Part shown: one piece after another, positions 26,441 through 38,070 of the stretch
Position numbering within the stretch: the first letter of the stretch is position 1
Layout: every line of letters begins with the position of its first letter
NCBI GenBank assembly: GCA_028534125.1
Contig: CM052816.1
Location: forward strand, 72,170,001-72,234,000
DNA from: Lama glama
Lineage: Eukaryota
Reading direction: 5' to 3'
Length of the DNA stretch: 64,000 bases
The notes under the pieces: generated by a model
What the model was told of the DNA's origin: nothing
Seen by the model: only the letters and a program-made list of their open reading frames with translations
The model's database searches: none
Position numbers and translations under genes: made by a program

Positions 26441-29400
26441 TATTTTAATCCATGAAATAAATGGAGTTCAAATATTTTTTTAATATATAACCTTCAATAA
26501 AGTTAAACTTGTGTTAATTAAATTGGTGGTTATTTTAGGTCAGTGGTTTTGAAACTCACTTAACAATGAAACCTTTTTCAAAGAAAATGTTACACGGAAC
26601 AGCAAAGAGCTAGAGCAGCTGTAATTCACAAAGGGATACGGAAGCCCGACTCTCACTCAGTCTTTCAGCTTCCTTCACACTCCCTTCCACTGGTCACCCC
26701 AAGATTCCCAGGTAGGTTCCCAGGGCTCCAAGGAACATACTTTTTTTTAAAAAAAAATAATCATTTTGGATAATAACTGATAATAACCAAAAATTATGCA
26801 GACAATAATTGCCAAGAGGAGCATTCTAAATTTTTTGTTTTAAAAAAAAAGTCATTCTTTCTATTCTGACACCTTCAGGAGCACTTGATGGTTTCAAAAT
26901 AATTACACATTTCAAGATTTTAGAATGAGAATGTACTTCTTTCATAACGAAAATTGATGAATCTTTCTGAGATGATGGAATTACTTCTTCATCCTCCCAA
27001 CATTCCCACTCCTGCAGGCAGATACACACCTCCTTTCTAAGACAGTCGAAAGAAAAAAAAATGTACTTTAGCATTCAAGTAGATCGTCTCTTCCCATAGC
27101 ATCCCATGGGTAAGGAAATATACACTGGGAGCCCAGGTGGATTAGGGCCCCTGGAAGATGTGCTTGATCACCAGACTGCTGTTGATTTTTTTAACTTTTT
27201 AAGAATCCAAACTCTCCAGTGTACCACAGTGCCCGGAACTCTCTATAATCCTAAGCCTCTGTGTTTGTCTGTCTCCTGAAAACATCTGAACAAGGCTTCT
27301 AACTTGGGTAAGCAACTTCTGGATTCATAAGAAATTCCATTCCAAGTGGTATCACCAGACTGGGAGCTTTTTGAACTATCTGAGTCTTTCTACAGCTGGT
27401 CATCTGAGTTAGGGAACTGCTTCTCACCTGCCAGAAGGTGTTCTGGCAATTGTTTAGTAATTCACTGTATATGTACTTACTGAGAAAATATATTGTAGTG
27501 GGCAGTAAGCCAGGGACTAGGGAAACAGCAATGAACAGAACAGACCCTCCTCTGGTGGTCAGACAGATGATTAAGTAAACAGGTGCTAACAAATACAATG
27601 TGACAACATGATTTTAGAAACACCTCGCAAAACCAAACAGGGTAGAGCATGCCAGGGAAGGCTTCTCAGAGGGGAGTTTGGCTTAGCAAAGCCAAATTCT
27701 CATTATTGAGAATAATGAAATAACGAAAGCTGACTAGGGTTGAGAGGTGGGAGGGTAGGATGTGGATGGACCTGCAAAGGCCCAGGAGGAAGAGAAGGTA
27801 GCTAGTGATCTGAGGGACATGCTAGAGTACCATTGTTAGTGTCACACACGATGGTCCAAAACAGCTATAGGGACAGAAGCTCCTAAGAAAGAACGGTGCA
27901 TTTCAAAAGATGTCAAATTATACATGACTACATGAAAAAGTGTCTATTCATACAATACAGGGTGTACATTTACAGACGTCTCTGAACATCTGTCTCATTA
28001 TAATACAATTTCTAATTTATTAATAACTTCTAATATAAATATTAGATTCCTTATCATGCACACCCTTGATTGGAAAACTCCTAACTCAATAAGCATTTCT
28101 TTATTTTCATATCCTTTCTAAAGCAAAGACATTAAAGTTATATCCTTGGGTGAAAAACAGGGAGGTCTCAAGAATATAATACAATCTTTGGATACATACA
28201 TTTTACATGCATACAGACATAAAAATTCTAAAAGAATAAATTCTAGTATGTTAATATAAGATGGAGAAATCATATTCTGTAAATTTTCTTCTTTTTGGCT
28301 TATCTCTTTTTCTAATTTTTTTTTTTTTTACAATCAACACTTAAAGCCTCAGTTGTAACTTCACAATATTTTCCTTGCTAAAAGCTCACAATCAAGGAAT
28401 TCCATGGGATCTGTGACCAGGCTTATGGGGCTCCCCCTGCTCTCTCCTCTTGACTCTGCTGACCTCTGGCCCCAGGCACTCAGCTGCTTCCCCACTGTAG
28501 CTGTCATCACTCACTTTCCCCCTTCCATTTCTTCTATCACTAACTGCACAACTGACTGCAAGTGAGATGAAGGACCAGAACCCCAAACCTTTATGGTCTT
28601 AAGGAGTCTACCGCCAACCAAAACGGGAGAAAGAAAGAGGCAGGAGATCATAGCATGACAAAGTACAGGGAAGGAATGACTTTTGCACAAACTCACAAAC
28701 TGTATACAGGTTGAGGCGTCTGGTTTACAGTTCTTAGCACACCCCTGAAATTGGGAGGGAGCGTTTGAAAGGAGTCTATGGCAGACCCGGGACCACTGAC
28801 GACTGTGGAGTTATTCCAAGGAGTCCAGAAATCAGAGATGTTTTAAGGAATGAATTAATCGTGCCCTATATACCACAAGTTTTCAAGCATGTGTAGATGA
28901 TATTAATAACCAATTCTCAACATTTAACATGTTGCATTATTTTTCAATCAAAAGACACTAAAACTACAACTCTCAAGTAAACGTCTGCATAATTTTTTCG
29001 ATGTTCAAGTGTCTCAAAGACGCTAGGAACACGAGTGCAGAGGAAGGAGCACAGGTCTCAGAAGTGTGACAGAACAGGGTTTTTACAGCAGCTTCACAAT
29101 TTCACTGAGTAGATTTGAGCATGTTTTCTAAACTCTTTTCAGCCTCAGTTTGCAAATCCAAAACTGGGGATAATAATAATTCCATGAACCTTTCCATTAG
29201 GGAGGACTAAGTGAATCCAGTCTTCCAGCAGACCATCTGCTCCCCCTCAGTCCTGACCTAAAGTCCACCCAGGCAGAAGAGCAAATGTTAACAGGCCCTC
29301 TGCCCCTCTGACAACCTCCGAATGAAAGGCCAGTTTACTAGGCCGGTGGCCAGCCCTGACACAACTGCCTCCTGCCTCTCCTTTTATTCATAGAAGCATA

Positions 29401-29842
29401 AAAGAGGTACACGGAAAAAGAAAAATCTCTCAGTGTTATTTCTTTTTTCTGGAGAGTAACATGTAAGATCAACTCCTGTCTTAAGACAAAGTGTAATTAT
29501 TCTTGGAAAGAGTCAGAGAGGAAATAGCATATTAAGTTTTATCTACAGCTTGAACTGAAAATTATTCTTGAAATCATCTCTTGAAAATAAATGTTCTCAA
29601 TGGTTTAGATGAAATGACACTACGATATAATTCAAGATAAACATGTACTATCTCCCCATAAGATCCCTACCTTCCTTTAATCAGGAAATAAGTCTAGTTT
29701 ACCTGAAATGAACATTATAATTATTAACTGAACATTATAGGTTGACAAGTACATTAAATCAAAACAGACCATTATTATTTGAATTTTAAATGCCTGATTG
29801 GCACATAGCAATGAGAAATACACAATAAATACAAGATTCTAA

Positions 29843-29987
29843 TGTAGTTAATGAAGTTCATGTACACAATATTTTTCTTTCAGAAAATTTATCTTCTGCC
29901 ATTAGCTACAAATCTGTAGTTAATGTAGTTCATGAAAACAACATTTTTTCTTTCAGAAAATTTATCTTCTGCCATTAGCTACAAATC
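29843..29987. repeat. Tandem duplication, 2 x ~72 bp
   Basis: 29843-29914 and 29915-29987 share the identical block tttttctttcagaaaatttatcttctgccattagctacaaatc, with a few differences in the 5' part. Confidence 0.95.
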
Positions 29988-31843
29988 CATAAAGGGGTAA
30001 TCATTAAAGGTATTATAATTACTATATTAACACAATCTTTTATACATAATTTTATGGAACAAGCTTTTGAGAAGACAAAGCAATCACATCGACAGTGGTA
30101 CCAGCTATCTTTCTTCTTTAAAAACAGGTTATCCACATTAGCTATGCAAGTCCTCTCGGGTATCGAAATCAGGGGAAAAGTATCTCTTAGGTGGGTTAAC
30201 AAAGGAAATCATCTCTTACTTTAAGAGCAACCATGGTGTTTGTTCCTACAGTGAAAACTGATGTTACCTCTATTAGTTAATGATTCATCCCTACCTCCTG
30301 GCCTTGCTCCTGGAGGCATTCATACCTTCTGCACCTCTTGCTGTGTGTTAACACTAGTTCAGTAATCTGCAGGTAAAGAATCTTAGTGCAGTATCTAACA
30401 GATCTTAAGAGTATGGTTCACTCCCTCCTTGTACAGATAACTAAATCGAGGCCAAAACATTCAAGCACCTCATTGAAAATAATAAAGCTAGTTAGTTGAA
30501 AAGCCTACCCCAGGGCTTTCCCAGTCTACACCTCTCATGAGACAAACCACCACTGTGAAACAGACAACTCAAGCAGGTATGAACCTGATTGTATGCAGAA
30601 ATGTTTTCAGTTTTAACTATTAAAACAATCCAAGAGCTCGTTAGTCATACACCTACATCTTCTGGATAGTAAGTGTAGGAGCAGCATTAATTTAGTTGAA
30701 TCTCCTCTAATTTAATTATTCTTTTCATTCATAAAAAAATGATGGTGCTACAGGAAATTTAGAAATACTATAATTTTATTCTCCCCCAATAAGTATATAT
30801 TATATGTTATATTTTCAACTAATAAATGAAATCGATATACTAATCTTGAGGCTTACAAATACTATGTATATGGGAAACGTGATAACTGTTTCAATGAAAG
30901 CTTTTTTTGAGATGTACATTGCAACACAGATCCTAAGCATTTTTTAGATTCGTATCAATCCCAAGCTTTTCAAAAATCTATTTACAGAAAAAAGCTTCTT
31001 TTGCAATATGTAAGTTCATAAATGTTTCCATTAGCTAAGAGATATTTTGGAATGTGATCAAATGGTACTGAATGTCAAGCGCTAACAGCAAGGCTGAATC
31101 TCTGACAGTTCTCATATGTGGCCACTGCTCTTTTAAACCACTGTATCCCCAAAGGGCTAACAGGGAGAAAATTCTACCTTAACAAGTGAAGACAGGAAGG
31201 CATATTTTAATGGTTACTTTTCATTTTAACTCTGCCTCTTAAACCCGCAAGTGGATTTGGGCTTCTTTCACACTGTTAACGTAATATATACATCTTTCAT
31301 TCTTCTCTCTCAAGAAAGAAGTTAAACACTCCAGCTACATGTAACTCCCAAATTCTTTCCAACTAACTATGAAAAGCAAAATAAGACTCCTTAAAAAAAA
31401 AAAAAAGTATGGAGAACTGGCAGACTGCATGTTAATGTCAACCTTCAGAAAACATGCAAACGTGCAGCCCCAACTCACCAGAAAAAGCATCACATGTGAT
31501 CAAACTATTCTGTGACATCTTTTGTCTTTTATGCCCAATATTACGGTTTGGCACTCGCCTATGTCAGCCCCTAAAGCCTCAAGAACAACCTGCTACTGTA
31601 GAGCAGCTTTAACCTGAAGAGTGTGAGAGTTCCACTCACGGCCTGTGGCATGATCTTAGAAACATTTTAATCAAACGTATTTATTGCCCCACTGCTCTTT
31701 AAAACCGAGGGACCTCAGGCCTGGGATGTAGCTAAAGGACAGCAACAAGAAAAGAAGAAAATACACGAACACGGAACATGCTAAGAACAAAGGAAACACA
31801 AGCTTGTGAACAGGAAATGAAGCAACTCTATACACATAAATAC

Positions 31844-31898
31844 CTTTTGGGGCCGCCAACGTAGGTGAAAGTAAAGGTGGAGTCTGAGTATCTGAAAT
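31844..31898 (-). CDS. PARP8: PARP8 second coding exon, 55 nt
   Basis: Acceptor ctttcgtttcAG| at 31900-31899 and donor AAG|GTATTT at 31843. Joined in phase to exon 1 it gives D-F-R-Y-S-D-S-T-F-T-F-T-Y-V-G-G-P-K-(S), the expected PARP8 continuation. Too short for the ORF track. Confidence 0.95.
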
Positions 31899-32856
31899 CT
31901 GAAACGAAAGTCTTGTTAAAAGCTACCCCTTAGGTGGATTTTTAACCCTGGTTAAGCCTTGGGCCCCCTTATCTGATGGAGCCAAGGGGAGGCCTGGCGG
32001 GGCGGGAGGCGAGGGCTGTAGAGTCCCAAGGTCCGCTCTCCGCGCGGCGCGGGAGGGGATGCTGCGCACCCCAAGCCGGGTGCCGCTGGAAGCCGCCCCC
32101 CGCAACAAGTGCCGGGTGCCATAGCAACGGCGGGAATTTCCCGGGCCCGGCGGCCGGAAGCGGCCCCTGCCGAGCTCGCGGCAGCGAAAGCAAAATCCTG
32201 TCCCTCTCCCGGGGGAGCAAAATGGACGAAAGGCACCCCCAGGCAGGGGCGCCAGGCGCCTCGAGAACCCCCGGAATCCGTTGTCTTTCTGGAGCAACGC
32301 ACTGCCAGTCAGAGGGTACTAGAGGGAGCTGAAGGGGCCAGAGATCGGCCCAGCGCTGCTCTCGGGGGGGGGGGGGCCTCGGCGCCCGGCGCAGCCGGCC
32401 AGCGCAACGCAGCGCAGCGGGTTCCATTCCCGGTCGCCGCCGCCGCCGCCGCTCAGCCCATTGCGCAAACCCGGCCGGTCCTACCCGCCGCCTGGGTCGC
32501 TGCTGCTGAAACCCGGGAGGCGGGCTCGGACGCTCCGGGTGTCCACTGGGGACTAAAAATACAACGTACGGCCCCTCCGCCTAGACCCCCGCTCGGGCCA
32601 CCAGGGTTCTGCCCCCAAAAGTGGGGGCCGCCCCAGAAGGGGGGAGGGGGGAAGGGGAGAGGCTGGCGCCCCCTCCCCCTTTTGGCTCCCGCTCCCGCTG
32701 CAGCAGCTGTTGCCAAATGAACCCCGGAATGGGGACGTGCAACCCACCCTCCGTCCCCAGCCACACACGTCGCGGCCAGAATGCTGGAAAAGGGGGTAAT
32801 GGGCAGGCAGAAGAAGCTGATGCTGGGTCCGAGGCTCTGGAAAGGCGAAAACTCAC

Positions 32857-32947
32857 CTGCAAACAGGCAGTCCTTCTCGGCTCTGGACTTCTGGATCACG
32901 ACGTCGATATCCTTCTGAATTCGCTCTTGCCTTGAACACATCCCCAT
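32857..32947 (-). CDS. PARP8: PARP8 (mono-ADP-ribosyltransferase PARP8/ARTD16) first coding exon, 91 nt
   Basis: Minus strand from ATG at 32947 reads MGMCSRQERIQKDIDVVIQKSRAEKDCLFA+G, matching the N-terminus of mammalian PARP8 as I recall it; followed by canonical donor CAG|GTGAGT (32856-32851); lies in a CpG island. Confidence 0.96.
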
Positions 32948-33102
32948 TAAATAAATCCCTGGAAAAGAAGCAGCCGCTATTTCCACCCTACCCCACCCCC
33001 CTCTCACGCTTCCAGCTTTCGTAAATATTCAGTTAAAAATGAAACCTCTGGCCGAGGCAGGGGCTGAAGGCGAAGTGGTTTCGGAAGTGATCCCGGGTGA
33101 GA

Positions 33103-33139
33103 GAGGAGGAGGAGGTGGAGGAGGAGGAGGAGGGGGAGG
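33103..33139. repeat. Imperfect (GGA)n/(CCT)n triplet repeat in PARP8 5' region
   Basis: gaggaggaggaggtggaggaggaggaggagggggagg. Confidence 0.9.
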
Positions 33140-33992
33140 TCGGCTTTGCATTCCCAGATGTGACCGCCCAGCTGCTGCTCGCCGCTGCTGGATTCCAATT
33201 TCCTCCCCTCCTGACAATGGATGGTGATGACACCGAGTCTCACTTTCTCCCTCCCCCGCCCGGACCAACGGCCGTGGGGAGCCGAGGGTGCTTGGAGACG
33301 GCCGGAGAGCGATCACCGGCGGGACGGCGGGCGCCGACCAGGGGCGAGCCCCGCTCCGCCTCACGCGCGCACACCCCTCGCGGCCCGCACGCCGGCCTTC
33401 CACACCCGCGCACACTCGCGCCCGCGGGCGGCGGCGGCCGTGCCGGGGCTGCTGCGGCGCCGCCCGCCGCAGACCCTCCCGCGCCCGCCGTGCCCGCTGC
33501 CCAGTCACCCGGTCCCGGCCGCCGGGGCTTTAATAGTATCCGCCATCCAGGCGCAGGGTGGATTCCCCAGCCCGACCGCCACTCGCGCCGGGGACTGAGT
33601 GGGAATGTCGGTAGTGAAGACTCCCTGGGGCTCCCAGCCTGCCGCCACCCCCCCCCACCACCTCCACCACTTTTATGAATTCGACTCCACTTTCGGAAGG
33701 AATTATGAGTCATATGGAGAACCCAAACCCGAGTGGCTGGGAGGGGGAAAAGGAGGAAAAGAAAAATCGTTAAAGATGGAAAATAAATAAATAAAACGAA
33801 CAAATCTTTCCTTGTTGCCACATCAGGCAAGATGGAAAAAGCCTTGAAATGACTCCAGACGTACACCCTCCCGTGCCCTGACTGCCAGTCTTTTTCTCCC
33901 GGTTGCAAGTAGTTCAGCCCCTTTGGAGCGCCCTTTAGGAAACACAGCCCCCTTTGAGGGACTTTAACTTGCAGAGATTCAGCAGTTCTTAC

Positions 33993-34050
33993 CTCCTCGG
34001 TATTTCCGTCCATGAAAAATTGGCAGAATCAGCTGCCACGTGCCAGGGAT
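33993..34050 (-). other. PARP8: Candidate distal 5' exon of PARP8 (5' boundary unknown)
   Basis: Strong donor GAG|GTAAGA at 33993/33992 about 1 kb upstream of the CDS, and a matching acceptor gcttcttttccAG| at 32959, 11 nt before the ATG. No transcript evidence available. Confidence 0.5.
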
Positions 34051-37000
34051 CCCCTAAAGGATGGATATCTGTTTGGTTTGTTTTAAAAAGCTACCTTTTT
34101 TGCCAGTGAGTCAACGGAGAGCTCCTACAAGCCGGTTCTCTTGTTTAGAAATGAGGTACTGCTCTGATCCTCTTTCTGTTCTACCTAAGGACACCTTGGT
34201 AGGTGCCCTGCCTCTGTGCTGCCATCTGCCCTAGCACAGGCCTCCAGTGGCACTTTGCTTCTTGATCTTTTCTCCACTGAGAGGGCTTCCCTGAGCAGAC
34301 CACATGGCTCTTTTGGTTCTGTGTCCCGAGTGCCTGCTGCAGTGTCTGGATTGTAAGTGGGAGGCTGAAATGTTGCATGAATGGTCATGATTTGCACCCT
34401 CTTTTCTCTGTGGATACTCCAATTTCAGTCTGCTTCCTTATCAGCAAAAGTACCCAAGAGTTGTCAAACTGGCTCAGACCCTTAACCAGTCCAGTTCAGA
34501 TACTGACAGAGACAACACGTTGTTTAGGGAAATTAGGAATGACTGTGTTCCCTGATGGATTCTTAAGATTCGAGAGAGACAAAACAATGAAAGATCATAT
34601 GCTCCAACTCCTTTATCTTGCAGAAAGAAAAAATGAACTGATTTGTTGCACAGCCTCGAACACACCAGCTTCCATGTGAATTACAAGAGGGAACATTCCT
34701 CTGCATAACCTGGACCACTGCAGCCTTACATGAAGTGGAGGAACGGCCACAGCTCATCTGCTAACACCTCTTCTGAAATGCTTCCTGACCAGGGCAGGCC
34801 AGGTTCAAATCCTTCTTGGGCATGCTGCTTTGTTGTAGGCCTATTGGCTACCAAAAGCACTTTCTTCCACGTACCACTGGGTGTCATGCATACTTCCTCC
34901 TTCCACCACTCTGTGCTCTAACTTCTCTAAAAATCTTAAAATCTATTAATGCACACGAATTTATTTTATATGTGTCTACTCACCAAGGCTGCATTCCCAA
35001 AGTAGTGCTCATAGCACACATAAATTTGAAATAGTTTCAAAGCTACCAAGTGTTTTTTGTGTCTGTCACCTCATGGTTTACTACTCACTCCATAAAACAG
35101 GCCTTCTTGTGATCTGTCCCATATTTGATTTTTGTTTCAGGCGTCACAGGCTGCCCTGTTTCTGTTAAACAAAGCTAACTTCACTTTGTTCATGCCCTTA
35201 AGGTGTGATATACTTAAATATTTTTAAATTTTAAGGGATAAGATAAAAAATAAAAAAACTAATCTTTTCACCTAGTGTGCATTTCTACAAGATAAGTTTC
35301 TCTAATAAAAATTACCAAGGCATCAGTGTTCCTGTTCTAGATCTTTATGGCTTGAATCTTTCAAACTCTGCTCACAGCCAGTATCCCGTTTACCCTGCCT
35401 CATCTCAGACTCTTATTTAAACATGTAGGTTATTCGTGGTCTTATTAAAAGCTATATGCACTGTGAAATTAGGTCATATCCCTGCCTTAAACACTTGTGC
35501 ACACACAAATACACACACTCACGTGCATTTAGGAACACAGCACATAGTTGGCTTTTAATCACTTTGTTAAAAAAATAAAAATCATTATTCATGATGAGAG
35601 AGAACGTCTGCGGTATGCCATAGTAATTGGAAATAACAATCTATGTGTTGGATGACAGAGTCTAACCAAAAAAGTCCCACTGGTTTAGAAAAAATGATCC
35701 CAAGCCAACAGATAGAATTTATCAGAAAAAGAAAATGTGAACTCCTCATCTATGCTAGAAGACTCAACTGCAGAAGTGTAAGATAATGGAAATGTGGCAT
35801 TAAGTTCCACGGTGTGATGTGGGTAGTAATGAACCACACTTACCCAGAACTTATGAGCGCAGCCTGATAACTGCTCACAATGCTTTTAGTTCACAATAAT
35901 AACCCTATAAGGAAGCTATTACTATTATTCTTCACATTTTAGAAAAAAGGAGACTGAGGCATAAAGGGGTCAATTAGGTGGTCCAAGGTGGCACACAAAC
36001 GCCAGTGAACCTTTTCCTCTCTCCAAATCTTTCAGCAGTTGAACTGAACTTTCAGGAAAATAAAATGTTCAGAAGTCTCACTAAGTAAACTGGCCCCACT
36101 AATGGCAGCAGGCCAGGAGTTAAGCCAACAAGAAGCCCTATAATGGATTCCAAGGGAGGCCTGGAGCCAACAGGGTCTCAAAATAGCCTCTTTTAGTGGC
36201 AGTTATATTTCCCTTTCATTTGGTAACTTCCTTTCCCAAATGAATCCCAGCCCTCAGTAAAATCTTAAGAAAGTTAACCAGCCTGACCTCTGCTATTCCA
36301 TGGAGATTAAGGGAGGCAGGACTAGCGAAGAGAATAGCCCCCTTTCCCAAAAGCACAATGGTGTTATCAGTAGCAAGTGCCCAAGGGAATACCCAGCTGA
36401 TTTGGTCGGCTAAGGAAACAGTACTGTGTCAATTTGCCTTCGTGGTAGCATCAGAATGAGAAAGGGAAAAGGATGAGTCTGTGGGAAGAGGTCACCCAGA
36501 GCCTTTAAATCAGGGTGCGGAAGTAGGAGTTTATTTGAGAAACCACTGGAAAGAAGGTGATCTCAAATTTCTTTCCAAATACTAGATTTATGTAACTTCT
36601 TGCAATTGTTCTGTAATGGAAAGAAGTCCATAAAATTCAAAATCTCTGCTATGCCCAACTGGCCTCTTCTTAAAAAGTGGACTCGGGCAATTTTTTCTTT
36701 ATAAAGCTGCTAGTAATTTTGCTTTGAGAAAAACGAATCCTGCCGTCTTGACCTCATCTGACTGGTCTAGCAGTCAAAGTAGGAACAAATCAAAGTCAAC
36801 TCTGAAAAACTTGGAAAATGGAGAATTTAAGTGGTTCATTGTGAAATTCATCTGAATTGGATCCCTACCACACCCCCTAACTAAGGTCAAATGGGGCAGC
36901 ACAGTGGTTGTGTTGAGGTTTTCTGGGTCTTTCTAGCAATGTTAATGAACTTAACTAATACTAAAGCTATAGCATGAAACCTGAACTGCGCTTTCCCAAG

Positions 37001-37199
37001 ATTCGCTTTAATTTGGTCCCATTCAACTCTCATTAAACTTTAATTCCCATTTCTACCACAGCCGCATCCTCAGCCCTAGTTCACTTAGGTGCCTCACCAT
37101 CCCAAGCAAATGCATCCTTCCCAGCTTATACTCAACCATATTAATTCTACTTTATTTTGAATACCTCTCCTTTGTTGATTTCTAAACATGTATAAATAC

Positions 37200-38070
37200 T
37201 GCATGAGTATATTCTCAGTGCAAACCATTTAAGACATGCATTAGTCCAGAGAGTAAAATTTGAAAATCCCCACCCATCATAACCTCCTAACTCTGCTCCT
37301 CATTCTAAAGATAACTGGTATTAATAGTTATGATAACCTCCCATTCTTGCATTCTTATATCCACACACAGAGGTACATAAATTCATAGATTTATATTTCA
37401 ATGTAAAAGGAACCACAGAATACATGTTGTTTCCCAACTTGATTTTTCCACTGTCTTGGAGAACTTTCTCAGCCAGTGCAGACATCTAGCTCATTTCTTT
37501 TAGCTACTGCAGAGAATTTTATTGAGTAGATGGGCCACAATACATTTTAACCATGCTTCTGCAGTCATGATGGGCTTTTCAAAATGTTTTGTGATTAAAA
37601 CAATTTGCAATAAATGCACATCTTTATGCAAACTTACAGCAGTTTCCTTTGGATAGATTGTTGGAAGTGGATTGACTGAATTATAGGAACTGGCAATTTA
37701 AAAATTTGATAGCTACAAGCAAATTGCTCTCAAAATTATCTTATTTTACACTCCACCAACTGTTTTTGAGAATACTTAATTCTCTGCAATATTTCCAGCA
37801 ATAGGTACTATTAATTTTTAAATCATTTTCTAATTGGTTGGACAAAAAATATTCACCTTCTTTTTATTTGTATTTCCTTGATTATTAGTGAGGTTGGACT
37901 TTTTTTTTTTAAAGCATTTACTGACAATCTGTAGTCTTTTGAGTATAAAAATATAAGTGAGTATGACTGCCTGTCATATCCTTTCTCTATTTTCCAATTT
38001 GTTTTTCTGACTTTTTTATTATTTTTTCCTAGGAGATCTTTATATATTCTAGATAGCAATACCTTTCTCT
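37200..38070 (-). mobile_element. Old L1M (L1ME-like) fragment
   Basis: Minus ORF LSRIYKDLL…KKSPTSLIIKEIQIK resembles the L1 ORF2 C-terminal region; degraded 3' UTR to the left. Confidence 0.7.

Larger units (their letters stand above)
1..31843 (-). other. PARP8: PARP8 long intron after coding exon 2 (runs off the window)
   Basis: Starts with GT at 31843. The expected next peptide (approximately SVSYSVHVSEDYP) was not found by eye, and the region is AT-rich and repeat-laden. Confidence 0.8.
31985..33670. promoter_or_regulatory. CpG island / PARP8 promoter and first intron
   Basis: Abrupt rise in GC and CpG against a CpG-depleted background; GC boxes, ETS cores CGGAAG (32155, 33082), (GCC)n at ~32436-32452, minus-strand TATA-like TATTAAA at 33535-33529. 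Confidence 0.93.

Noticed and set aside
31952..32122. ATG (MAPGTCCGG…) in intron 1 as an alternative coding first exon
   Set aside because: No convincing phase-1 donor found to join it to exon 2, the frame stops at 31952, and the ATG is simply the core of the X-box.
31923..34013. Many long overlapping ORFs (100-257 aa) on both strands
   Set aside because: Expected from stop-codon scarcity in a CpG island; low-complexity A/G/P/R peptides. Only the 30-codon PARP8 segment is recognisable.
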